Positions 39,732 to 48,219 of a stretch of 64,000 bases of DNA are shown here, in pieces. The first letter of the stretch is position 1; each line of letters opens with the position of its first letter. Source of the DNA: an uncultured delta proteobacterium (GTDB taxonomy: Bacteria > Desulfobacterota > Binatia > Binatales > Binataceae); assembly GCA_963842085.1 (NCBI GenBank), contig CAWJET010000001.1, positions 2,976,001 to 3,040,000 of the forward strand, given 5' to 3'. The notes under the pieces were generated by a model. It worked only from the letters and a program-made list of their open reading frames with translations. It did no database searches and was not told where the DNA came from. The position numbers were made by a program, and so were the translations under genes.

Positions 39732-42464
39732 TCATCGCCGCATCCCATAGCTGTGCCCACGAGCGCGGTGCGGTTGGTCGTGAACCAGCGCTAGCTCGTG
39801 TCGAGCCGTTAGAGGCAGTCGCTCCAACGCGACCGACTTTTCGAGATTGCGCCCTGCGGCAAGATCGAGCCGCGCGCGATCGTCAGTGTAAAGGGTCACG
39901 TTGTGCCGCGCGCGGCTGATCGAGACATAGAACTGCTTGCGGTTAACGAGTTCTGCCGAGCGGAGCGTATCGATATTGGCGATCACACGATCAACCGTGG
40001 CGCCCTGGCTTGAGTGGGAGGTCGAGGCGTAGCCGTAGTCGAGGTGCTTCAGACGTTCGATTGCCGCGCTGATCTCGCGCCCGTTGTCGATGCGCAGCCG
40101 CGCTCTTTGATCGTCGATGGCAATGATTGTCGCAAACTCCCCGTTGGCAACACCGAGCGCAGGATCCGGCGCGCGGAATTGAATCCGATCGCCGGCGCCG
40201 ACCAGGCGTCCCTCCTGATGGAAGACTTCGACCCCGGACAGGCGCGAGGGATCGTAACTGATGGCCTTCACTCTTTCATCCCGCACTATGATTCGGTTCC
40301 GTTCCGGATCGATTGCTTCGATCCGGGCGTAACTTCCGCGGTCGATACCGAGCCGCGAACTCCCACGTCGGAAACGGAGCACATCGCCAACCTCGTAACT
40401 CTGCGCTCGTTTGCGCTGAGGCAGGGTCAGATCGCGATTGACGAGCACGATCTGTTCTCGTCCGTCGGAGCTGATGTGCCCGCGTTCCTTGAGGGCCGCG
40501 CGAATTGCGGCGTTCAGCTGTCGGCGCTCGTCGTTGGCCGGGCTGACGACGAGAACCTTTTCACCTGCTTCGTGCGCAGCAAGGTATTCGCGTGCAATCG
40601 CTGCGTTGCGCTCATTCGCATCTACGATCTCGCGTATGCGGCTCTGCCGCTCGAGGAGTGCGATTGCCTGTCCGACCTCTCCACGTGAGGCGAACGTGAC
40701 TGCTTCCCGCAGTCCGGAATCAAGTTGGCGACGGATAGTGTCCAATCGCGCGACGGTCATGCCCGCTTGCTGCATCTGTTGGATGGGTCGGCCGGCCTCG
40801 ATGGCGTGGTGCTGGCGCTGGTCGCCGACGAAGACGACCCGACCGGCCCCGGCCTCTCGCGCCTTGTGCAGCAGGGCATTCATCTGGCGAGTGCCGAGCA
40901 GGCTCGACTCGTCTACGATCCACAGTTCATTTCGCGCGCGGCCGGGTAGCGGGCTGGCGAGCAGACTCGCCACAGTCCGGGATTCGATTCCGGCTTCGGA
41001 GAGCGCTTTCACGGCGCGCGTGGTAGGAGCGAAGCCCCGTACAGTGTAACCAGTGCTTTGAGCGAACTCGTTGAGCGCTCCGACCGTGGTGGTCTTCGCT
41101 GCGCCTGCGCGCCCTTCGATCGAGGTAAGCCAATCGGTAGCAGTCAGCGTCAGCGCTGCGGCCGTTGCCTGCTCGGCGGATAGCGAGCGCGCGGCTGCCC
41201 AACTGCGCGCGTCTTGTTCACTGGCGATTGCTTGGGAGTTCCCTCTGCCGACGCGCATGAGTTCGAGATTCTCGCGCTCCAACGCCACCATCTCCGGGGT
41301 GGTGTAGACGACCCCCGGAAACGAAGGGGAGACAGCGAGGGCGATTAGATCGCCGCGTGATTCCCGAACGCCGGTCTCGCGCCGCACGCTCTCGAGATCG
41401 GCGATTCCCATCGCGTACTGAAGAGCGGTGCGTTCCAGAGCGCGCCGGTCGGTAACGGCTTCGCGTTCGGTGTTGTGAGCTACGCTGAATCTGACCGCTT
41501 CCTCTGTCGCGGCCGGAGAAATTGCCTGCGAGGGGCCGCGTGCGAGCGCGCGTTCCGAAATCTCGGCGAGAGCAATTCGATTGTCATGAGCGCGCGCCTT
41601 CCATTCCGCGCGCAGCTCGTTTTCGTCGCGCTTTTCTTTGGCAAGCCGGCTCTGATGGGCGGCGATCTGGGCCGCCGCGGCTCCGGTCGAGTTTTGGCGG
41701 TTCAGAAGTGCTTCGATGTCCTGGCGTCTGCGCGAGAACGCCATCACCTGTTCGCGAGTGTATCCTTGCAGCTCCCAGCGTCCGTCGGCCGCGGTCACGC
41801 TGATTCGATACCCAAACGCTTGGACCTCGCGGCCAAGTTCCGAGCGGTAAACCGCGGTAGCGAAGCTCTGGCTCCGATAGATCTCGACCGGGTCGAGACT
41901 CCGCCACATGCCGTCCGGCCGAAGGGTCATGTTCGCGATCACGACGTGGGTGTGGAGGTGAGGGTCGGGGCCGTAGCCGTCCTGGGTCCCGGTCTCCGAT
42001 GGTCGCGCGGCGATGTGTTCGAAGCGGGCCGCAACGAAGTTACCGGTGGTAACCCACTCCTGTCCGCGGTGGCGGCGCGCCTGGGCGAACTTTTCAAGTT
42101 CCAAGAGGGCGCGCTCGACCGCATGCCGATGCGCCGCTAGTAGCCGCGAATCGTCACCAACCAGCGCTTGGATGCTGACTGACTTGGGCGCGTTGAAGGT
42201 CGCGTCCCAGCCTGCGCGGCGCTCATCGCGGCCGACGGCGGCGCTGACGAGCACTTCGCCGCTACCGGGTCTCGTTCCGCGCAAGATCGCTCGAAAGTCT
42301 TCCTCGCTGACTGCGCCGCTCAGCCCGAGGGTCTCGGACGCTTTCCCATACCACTCGCCGGTGACGCGGTGGGACTCGGTATAATAGTCGTCCTCGGAGT
42401 ACTTCTCCTGATAGTAGGTCTCGGCCTGGCATACACTGAGCGCGCCTTTCGACATTACCAGCAT
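39732..42464 (-). CDS. mobF: MOBF (TrwC/TraA-like) relaxase-helicase
   Basis: YY...DDYY, DATFNAPKSVS, HLHTH HUH motif, GRAGAAKTT, HSSQG, YVSISR. Confidence 0.95.
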   Translation of the reverse strand: MLVMSKGALSVCQAETYYQEKYSEDDYYTESHRVTGEWYGKASETLGLSGAVSEEDFRAILRGTRPGSGEVLVSAAVGRDERRAGWDATFNAPKSVSIQALVGDDSRLLAAHRHAVERALLELEKFAQARRHRGQEWVTTGNFVAARFEHIAARPSETGTQDGYGPDPHLHTHVVIANMTLRPDGMWRSLDPVEIYRSQSFATAVYRSELGREVQAFGYRISVTAADGRWELQGYTREQVMAFSRRRQDIEALLNRQNSTGAAAAQIAAHQSRLAKEKRDENELRAEWKARAHDNRIALAEISERALARGPSQAISPAATEEAVRFSVAHNTEREAVTDRRALERTALQYAMGIADLESVRRETGVRESRGDLIALAVSPSFPGVVYTTPEMVALERENLELMRVGRGNSQAIASEQDARSWAAARSLSAEQATAAALTLTATDWLTSIEGRAGAAKTTTVGALNEFAQSTGYTVRGFAPTTRAVKALSEAGIESRTVASLLASPLPGRARNELWIVDESSLLGTRQMNALLHKAREAGAGRVVFVGDQRQHHAIEAGRPIQQMQQAGMTVARLDTIRRQLDSGLREAVTFASRGEVGQAIALLERQSRIREIVDANERNAAIAREYLAAHEAGEKVLVVSPANDERRQLNAAIRAALKERGHISSDGREQIVLVNRDLTLPQRKRAQSYEVGDVLRFRRGSSRLGIDRGSYARIEAIDPERNRIIVRDERVKAISYDPSRLSGVEVFHQEGRLVGAGDRIQFRAPDPALGVANGEFATIIAIDDQRARLRIDNGREISAAIERLKHLDYGYASTSHSSQGATVDRVIANIDTLRSAELVNRKQFYVSISRARHNVTLYTDDRARLDLAAGRNLEKSVALERLPLTARHELALVHDQPHRARGHSYGMRR

Positions 42465-42467
42465 GGC

Positions 42468-44261
42468 TCAGATCCGTTTCCTTCGTTTGCTCGCGGCTGC
42501 GGGATACAGCGGGATCGCCTGCGCCCGTCGCGGTGGCTTCACCGGCGCAGGCAGATTGACGCGCGGGATGAAACCTTCCTGTCGGACTTGGGGCGCGAGA
42601 TAGTCGAAGCGCACGAATGAGCGGTGATGACCGGTGATGCAGAGGTAGCCCGACAGCGGCTGGAGCAGCTGCATCTGGGCAGGCATCACCGCCGGTTCCG
42701 TCGTTCGCTCTTCGCGAATACCGAACGAGTATCGCTCTCCGTGACTCGCGTTAGCGCTCAGATGGCCGCGCTCAACTTCGCGCTCGCCGATCTGCGCGCT
42801 GCACCATTGGGCTGTCTCAGGCTCTCCGGTTCTCAGAATCAGCTTGGTGGCGGGCGAGGCGACCAGCGTGGCGGCCTGATTCGCGCCGTAAATGGTTCGC
42901 AGTTGCGTGATGGCCTGAAAGCCGAGCACGACCGCCAAGCCGCGCTTGCGCCCGCGGACGACCAGATCCTCGAGCTTCGCCTGGCGTCTCAGCACCGCAA
43001 GCTCGTCGGCCACGATCCAGATTTGCTCACGTCTGCGTGGACCAAGTTCGCTGCTCATCAGGCGGTGGATGATGCAGTCGAGCCAGACGCTTTGCAACTG
43101 CAGAGCGGCGTCCTTTGATTCTTCCGACGAGGTCAGGAACAGCCAGCCCTGGCGCTCCGCTGACCACTCCAGTGCGCTCCATCTTCGCGACGCCTGGACG
43201 GGCAGGTACTGGAACGGCTTCGTCGCGTTTGCGGCGGTGGCGACAATGCCGGCACCCTGCTCGTGCGCTCCGGGATCGATGAGCGCTTCGGCTGGCGTCC
43301 CTGCCAGCGCCTGTCTGAGTTCGGCTCGCGGCAGGGTCAGCAGGCGCGGAATCGAGGCCGCTTCCTTCGGCTCGGCGATCCGGAAGATGCTTGTCAGCAG
43401 CGTCCGGCTGCTCTGACGGAAGAAGAAGCTCGCCCCGCCCTCGTGGTAAGCGTCGGGTGGATCAGGGAGCAGCGAGGCGGCTAACGCCTCGCAGTCTGCT
43501 TCGTGACTTTCATCGCGGAGCTCATACCATGGCGACCAGCGCGGACAGCGGGCGTCGAGCGGATTCAGGATGAAGTCGCCGCGACCGGGCTGATAGAACT
43601 CCGAGACGAACTCGCACTCCGGGTCTACGACGACCGCGGTGTCTCCTCGCTCCTTGATCTGTCGGAGCAGCGAACGTATAGCGACCGACTTGCCGGAGCC
43701 GGTCGAGCCAGTGATGAGAAAGTGCTGGCACCCCAACGCTCGCGGTATCCTAACGCCGGCCACCCGAATGCCTGCGCGACTGCCCAGCTTGCGGGCGAGT
43801 TTGCGCGCCGAAACCAGCGTGATGCCCCGCACATGTCTGGTCTCCGGCGGAGCTTCGAATGTCTGAAGGACCGCCAGCAGACCCGCCTCGATCAGACCGG
43901 TGAGTACCGCGCCCCAGGGCGCGTAATGCCAATACCATGAAGCGAACGAGCCGCCGAGGTAATACTTGTAATTGAGAAAGGCGTACATGCTGCTGATGGT
44001 GTAGCGCCCGCCGCGATAGGGGAGCGACGCGAAGGTCAGCGGAATTTCCTGGGTCAGGAGCCACGCCAGAAACCAGCGGATGAAATAGCGGTGCGCGGCG
44101 GGACCGCCATAATGGCCGGTCCAGTGCCAGACCAAGCACACGGTCATCTCGACCCAGATCACCGCAGTCAGGAGGAGGTAACGGAGCGCCTCTCTGAGTC
44201 TGAACTCCAGCGAAGCACGGAGAGTGTGTTCGTGAATTGCCTGACGAATCGCGGGAGTCAT
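42468..44261 (-). CDS. Type IV coupling protein (TrwB/TraD-like)
   Basis: N-terminal TMs, GSTGSGKS Walker A, NPLDAR, IVADE, GRKRG, GFQ...QL...YG. Confidence 0.92.
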   Translation of the reverse strand: MTPAIRQAIHEHTLRASLEFRLREALRYLLLTAVIWVEMTVCLVWHWTGHYGGPAAHRYFIRWFLAWLLTQEIPLTFASLPYRGGRYTISSMYAFLNYKYYLGGSFASWYWHYAPWGAVLTGLIEAGLLAVLQTFEAPPETRHVRGITLVSARKLARKLGSRAGIRVAGVRIPRALGCQHFLITGSTGSGKSVAIRSLLRQIKERGDTAVVVDPECEFVSEFYQPGRGDFILNPLDARCPRWSPWYELRDESHEADCEALAASLLPDPPDAYHEGGASFFFRQSSRTLLTSIFRIAEPKEAASIPRLLTLPRAELRQALAGTPAEALIDPGAHEQGAGIVATAANATKPFQYLPVQASRRWSALEWSAERQGWLFLTSSEESKDAALQLQSVWLDCIIHRLMSSELGPRRREQIWIVADELAVLRRQAKLEDLVVRGRKRGLAVVLGFQAITQLRTIYGANQAATLVASPATKLILRTGEPETAQWCSAQIGEREVERGHLSANASHGERYSFGIREERTTEPAVMPAQMQLLQPLSGYLCITGHHRSFVRFDYLAPQVRQEGFIPRVNLPAPVKPPRRAQAIPLYPAAASKRRKRI

Positions 44262-44602
44262 GATTGGATCTCCTTGCTCTTGAGCACCTGCCCAACGTGT
44301 TCCTTGGCGGTCTGCTCGGCGGCGTCGATGATCTCGTCGACCACGTCGGCTCCGAGCGTGTGGTCAAGCGAATGCAGGATGACGGAGCGGGTCTTGGAGA
44401 TCTCGAAGATGAGCTGCGCGTACCCATCCACCAGTTCGCCTTGCGGCTGGCGTTCAGTCGTTGCCGGACCGGCGCCGAGGTAGCGCACGACGAGAATCTC
44501 GCGGATGAGATCGCTCTCGGTGACGCTTCGGCGGCGCGCTTCGGCTGCGAGGAGATCGGCAATTTCCTGCGGGACTCGGGTTGAGATCGATCGGGTGCTC
44601 AT
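44258..44602 (-). CDS. Ribbon-helix-helix relaxosome accessory protein (TrwA-like position)
   Basis: SISTRVP..IADLL...ARRRSVTESDLIREIL; first gene of the mob operon. Confidence 0.75.
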   Translation of the reverse strand: MSTRSISTRVPQEIADLLAAEARRRSVTESDLIREILVVRYLGAGPATTERQPQGELVDGYAQLIFEISKTRSVILHSLDHTLGADVVDEIIDAAEQTAKEHVGQVLKSKEIQS

Positions 44603-44800
44603 GTCTGCTTCTCCAAAGGGTTCTGTAGACGGGTGTTTACGATGATTTGGCGGAGGCTTGGACGGCTTCGCACGTGTTCCTGCAGACAGCGTCTACGCAA
44701 TGTTTACGGGCACTTGCACAAATCGCGTTCATCCAGGCGATGAGTGACGTGTCAAATGCAGACACGTGCGAAGCACGGCATCGGGGTTTGCATTGAAGGC
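44603..44800. other. oriT candidate
   Basis: Non-coding gap upstream of RHH-T4CP-relaxase; 13-bp inverted repeat and 8 GYARAC hexamers. Confidence 0.6.
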
Positions 44801-44802
44801 AG

Positions 44803-45078
44803 TCACGGTTGTGCCTTGGTGCTGACATCGTTTGAAGGCGGAGTTGGGGCGTGGCGCTGCTGACTGTGAGCGCCAGAGCGCGACCATAACTGGAACTCAC
44901 GGTCAGCTTGCAGGAAGGCACTGAGAATCTCCGGAATCAGCGCCTTCGAATCCACAGGATCGCTATGAACGTGTTCGTAGTAGCGCGCGTAGCTCTCGAG
45001 CGCAGCGTTCAGGTCGCCGGCCAGCGTCACGCGTACCTGTAGGGAACGAAGCGGCTTTGCAATGCGTGCGAGTTTCAT
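44803..45078 (-). CDS. DUF2274-like protein
   Basis: DLNAALESYARYY...LIPEILSAFLQADREF pattern seen at the ends of trb operons. Confidence 0.75.
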   Translation of the reverse strand: MKLARIAKPLRSLQVRVTLAGDLNAALESYARYYEHVHSDPVDSKALIPEILSAFLQADREFQLWSRSGAHSQQRHAPTPPSNDVSTKAQP

Positions 45079-45115
45079 ATCGGACCTCCACCAATGGTCG
45101 CTTGGAATGGACTGC

Positions 45116-45445
45116 TCAGAAGGGCGAGAGGAAAATCAGCAAATGGACAGCTATCAGCGCGGCGCAAGCTGCCAATCCGCCAGCCAATAAGTGGCCTGCT
45201 CGCTGATGGCTGCCGACCGCGTACAGGATCGCAGAGAAGACGAAGTTCAGCGCGATTACGGTGTGAGCCACGGGACCGACCAGAATGTCCTGAAGCGCGC
45301 CAAGCGTCTGGTCCCAAGGCAGGGCGCCGGCGTATTGCGCGGCCGGCGACGGCCCGGCTCGAAGCGCGAAGAGGGCGGCGGTGCAGGCGGCGATGAGCCA
45401 TCGGACGTTCGATTTCGGCGCTTGATTTACTGTGATTGGCATCAC
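45116..45445 (-). CDS. trbC: TrbC/VirB2 conjugative pilin
   Basis: Signal segment, LPWD..L..L...LVGPVA, two hydrophobic helices. Confidence 0.8.
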   Translation of the reverse strand: MMPITVNQAPKSNVRWLIAACTAALFALRAGPSPAAQYAGALPWDQTLGALQDILVGPVAHTVIALNFVFSAILYAVGSHQRAGHLLAGGLAACAALIAVHLLIFLSPF

Positions 45446-45465
45446 GAACAGTCTGCTTGGTTACA

Positions 45466-45512
45466 GCTACATGACTAACTTGCTATGTAGCGACATTCGA
45501 GGCGAGAGTCAA
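45466..45512 (-). promoter_or_regulatory. trbC promoter/operator: GCTACAT-N12-ATGTAGC palindrome plus TTGACT
   Basis: Inverted repeat 45466-45491; TTGACT on the minus strand at 45507-45512. Confidence 0.6.
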
Positions 45513-45559
45513 GCGTGGAGATCGGTCTGCGCGAAACGGTCGGGAGTCTTGTTGGCTGG

Positions 45560-46225
45560 CTATTCGGTCAGATAGCCGAGCTGGGAGAGGCGCACGGCGG
45601 CGGCCTCGACCGAGACATCGAACGCGAGGGAAATACGCTGGCAGAGCACTGACGCTTCTGGCGATTCCTTGGCAACCGGCGGACGCTCAGAGCGGTTCTG
45701 GAAGTACGCTGTGACCGTGCGCCGCGCGAAGCTCTCCGGCATCAGCAAGGCACCCGAGGCGTAGCCCGCCTGCCACTCAAACCAGTCGAACACCCGCTCG
45801 GTTGGAAGCAGGCTCTGCCAGTAACAGCGGTGCGGACCGCGGGCAACGCCGTACTTGTCGTACAGCCACGTGTGCAGCATCACGTGGCCATATTCGTGGG
45901 TCAGCGTCGTGCGCAATCGATTGTTACGATGCCGTTGCTCCCACAGTTCCCGCGCGATTTTGACCGTTGGCTTGTGGCCGCGCTCAAACTGGGTGAATCC
46001 AAAGACCTCGTGAACGTCATCGGAAAGATTCGTGGCCAAGTCGAGGTCGGCGGCGTCACGCTCGATCAGCATCGTGACCGCCTCGGTCGGCACCGGGATG
46101 CGCTCAAACCCGAAGTGCTGGCGCAGAAAGGAGGTAATGGTCTCCTCGCACATCTGCTCAAGCTCGCGGATCTCCCAGTGTGGGCGCTCCGGAAAGCGCC
46201 CGGTCCTATCCGGTATCATCTTCAC
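45560..46225 (-). CDS. ImmA/IrrE-family metallopeptidase (anti-repressor)
   Basis: RTTLTHEYGH, EWQA...ALLMP; coupled to an XRE gene. Confidence 0.9.
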   Translation of the reverse strand: MKMIPDRTGRFPERPHWEIRELEQMCEETITSFLRQHFGFERIPVPTEAVTMLIERDAADLDLATNLSDDVHEVFGFTQFERGHKPTVKIARELWEQRHRNNRLRTTLTHEYGHVMLHTWLYDKYGVARGPHRCYWQSLLPTERVFDWFEWQAGYASGALLMPESFARRTVTAYFQNRSERPPVAKESPEASVLCQRISLAFDVSVEAAAVRLSQLGYLTE

Positions 46226-46545
46226 GGCTTCTTCTTGCGCTTTACTTCGCGCCGGAACGCCTTCCAGCCCGCGGCGAGCTCCTGCGCACTGTTGACGGTT
46301 GTCGCGCTGAGGTCGGCTGGAAACCGTCCTGCCAGAAAGTAGAGCACATCGGAATCAACCTTGAGAACCTTGGCCAGTTGTTCAAGGACTTCGTCGGAAG
46401 GCTTGCGGCGGTCGTGTTCCAGGTCGACCAGGAACGGAATCGAGATCGGCTTGCCATCGGAGTTGCGCACCTCCGCCACCACCTCGCGTCCCGCCAACCC
46501 CAACTCCTTGCGCCGCTCAACGATAAACTGCCCGAGTGTCTTCAT
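46222..46545 (-). CDS. XRE-family HTH repressor (ImmR-like)
   Basis: MKTLGQFIVERRKELGL...LEHDRRKPSDEVLEQLAKVL. Confidence 0.9.
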   Translation of the reverse strand: MKTLGQFIVERRKELGLAGREVVAEVRNSDGKPISIPFLVDLEHDRRKPSDEVLEQLAKVLKVDSDVLYFLAGRFPADLSATTVNSAQELAAGWKAFRREVKRKKKP

Positions 46546-46971
46546 GACTAAGCTATGTAGCATAGAAGCGACGGGTACGTAATCCTCGACCTATGCCAAA
46601 CTCGAAAATCGTGTTGGGAGGGCTTGAGTGAGCTGCTCCTGTCAGTCCGCTAGCTGAACCTTGGCTGTCACAATCAGCCATCGAAAGCCGATATGATTGG
46701 CGCCGGAGTCACTCTCGCCCTTTCCGCGTGAGCCGAACACGACGACTTTTGGCGCGCCGTCGGGGGGCCGAAGTGGCTTAATCCGCAGAAACTTGGCGTC
46801 GCGCGCGTCGAGCTGTCAAGGCCGGACGAAAAGTTGGAGTGCGGCCCTTTATCATAGGTCCTTTCTAAGAGCTGCCGAGGCATATGTCGAAAAGCTGCTG
46901 CTACGTGCCGGCCTCACGGAGCGTGGCTATAGCATCGTTCTGCGCAGCGGGCTGTCCACCCGGAATTGATT

Positions 46972-47838
46972 TTAGCGCCCGACTGGGAAGAGGAACGTTA
47001 CGCTCACGCGGGCAATCCATTGCGGGGCGCCATCGGGACGCCTTAGAAGGTCGTAGGCGCCGACCTGCAGACTCAAACTCTGGGAGCCTATCTTGAATGC
47101 CTTACCGATGTCCGCGCCCATCGGGACAGTCCACGCATCGGCGGTATCCGCTGTCCAATCGTACGTAATCGACGGTTCGCACTGGACATACCAGCCGCTT
47201 TCGAAGTTATAGCTGACATCGGGCTCGATGAAAGTCTGATTCACACTGCCGCGCTCGCGATTCCCCGCAAACGACATGAGCTGGTACGCCAGGACGCCGT
47301 TGAACCACGGCCCCTCCGAGTAGATGAGCGCGGCGGTTGGTCCGGCCGACCAGAGGCCGGTGCCCAATTCCGAGCTGCTGGCAGTGGGGAATTGAAATAT
47401 CGGACCCACGCCCCAGATCCAAGTGCTCGCGTTAGCGGGCGTCAAAAAAAAAGAAGTCTGCAAGTCTTGCAGCCCGGATTGTTCCTGGGGAGTGGGCGAG
47501 TATGTGATGGTCAAGCTCGGTTGTGCGATTAGGTCCCAATCCGAGTTCAGCGAGAACGGCACTACCGGTTCGATGTTCACACTATCTCCGACCTTATGAT
47601 CGCGACCCAGTTGAAATCCGGTCGTCGACTGAATCGGAACTTTGACGAAATCCGCAAACGGGTTATGAACGCTCTTCGCGAGCTCCTGATTGCTAAGGAT
47701 GACAGGCGGCGATTGTGTTGGCGTCGAGGCTTGTTGCGCCCGTGCGGTGACCGCCAGAATAGCGCTCAGCAGCAAACCCAGGAGCGAAGCGGACGACGCG
47801 AGTTGCAGCAAGCATCTCCGTGCTGAATTCCAATTCAG
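46972..47838 (-). CDS. Outer-membrane beta-barrel ('neuromedin U'/MetA-like transporter family); start uncertain
   Basis: ELAKSVHNP, WGVGP.FQFPTAS, WTVPMG, terminal VTFLFP; paralog of 55567-56475. Confidence 0.7.
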   Translation of the reverse strand: MNWNSARRCLLQLASSASLLGLLLSAILAVTARAQQASTPTQSPPVILSNQELAKSVHNPFADFVKVPIQSTTGFQLGRDHKVGDSVNIEPVVPFSLNSDWDLIAQPSLTITYSPTPQEQSGLQDLQTSFFLTPANASTWIWGVGPIFQFPTASSSELGTGLWSAGPTAALIYSEGPWFNGVLAYQLMSFAGNRERGSVNQTFIEPDVSYNFESGWYVQCEPSITYDWTADTADAWTVPMGADIGKAFKIGSQSLSLQVGAYDLLRRPDGAPQWIARVSVTFLFPVGR

Positions 47839-48204
47839 GCGCCAGTTCGGGTCTGAAATATGTCCTTGTCTCTTGTTGATATCCAAACCAGAAGTACCGT
47901 CAGGATCGCGTGCAGGACGACCGAGGGCCACAGGAGTATGCCGGTCAAACGGCCCATTAAAGCCGACGTAAGCGAAATACAGCGTCACGACCCCGCTGTA
48001 CGTCAACATGCCGACCAGCGGCGGGCCCGGCCAGCAAGCGATGCTCAATCCGATCAAAGCGATACCCGTAACGCGCGCTACCGGTATCGCAACGCCGGTA
48101 AGTTCCTCACCGAACAGCAGCCGCCCGACGAGCGACGGGACCATTAGCAATGCCATGCCGGTCGCGGCTTCGCCAACAGCGGCAAGAAAAAGCCCGCTCT
48201 TCAT
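47835..48204 (-). pseudogene. Small four-TM membrane protein with a +1 frameshift at 47947-47949
   Basis: Removing one base gives LTGILLWPSVVLHAIL, matching LLWPAAILHSVV of paralog 62562-63005. Confidence 0.75.
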
Positions 48205-48219
48205 AGCGCCTGACGCCAG

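Noticed and set aside
46565-46970. Right att site or a gene remnant after the repressor
   Set aside because: No copy of the tRNA-Asn 3' end seen here or later in the window; the short ORFs have no recognisable motifs
46972-48204. 410-aa membrane protein/beta-barrel fusion
   Set aside because: Created by a 1-nt insertion at 47947-47949; the intact paralog at 62562-63005 shows two separate genes
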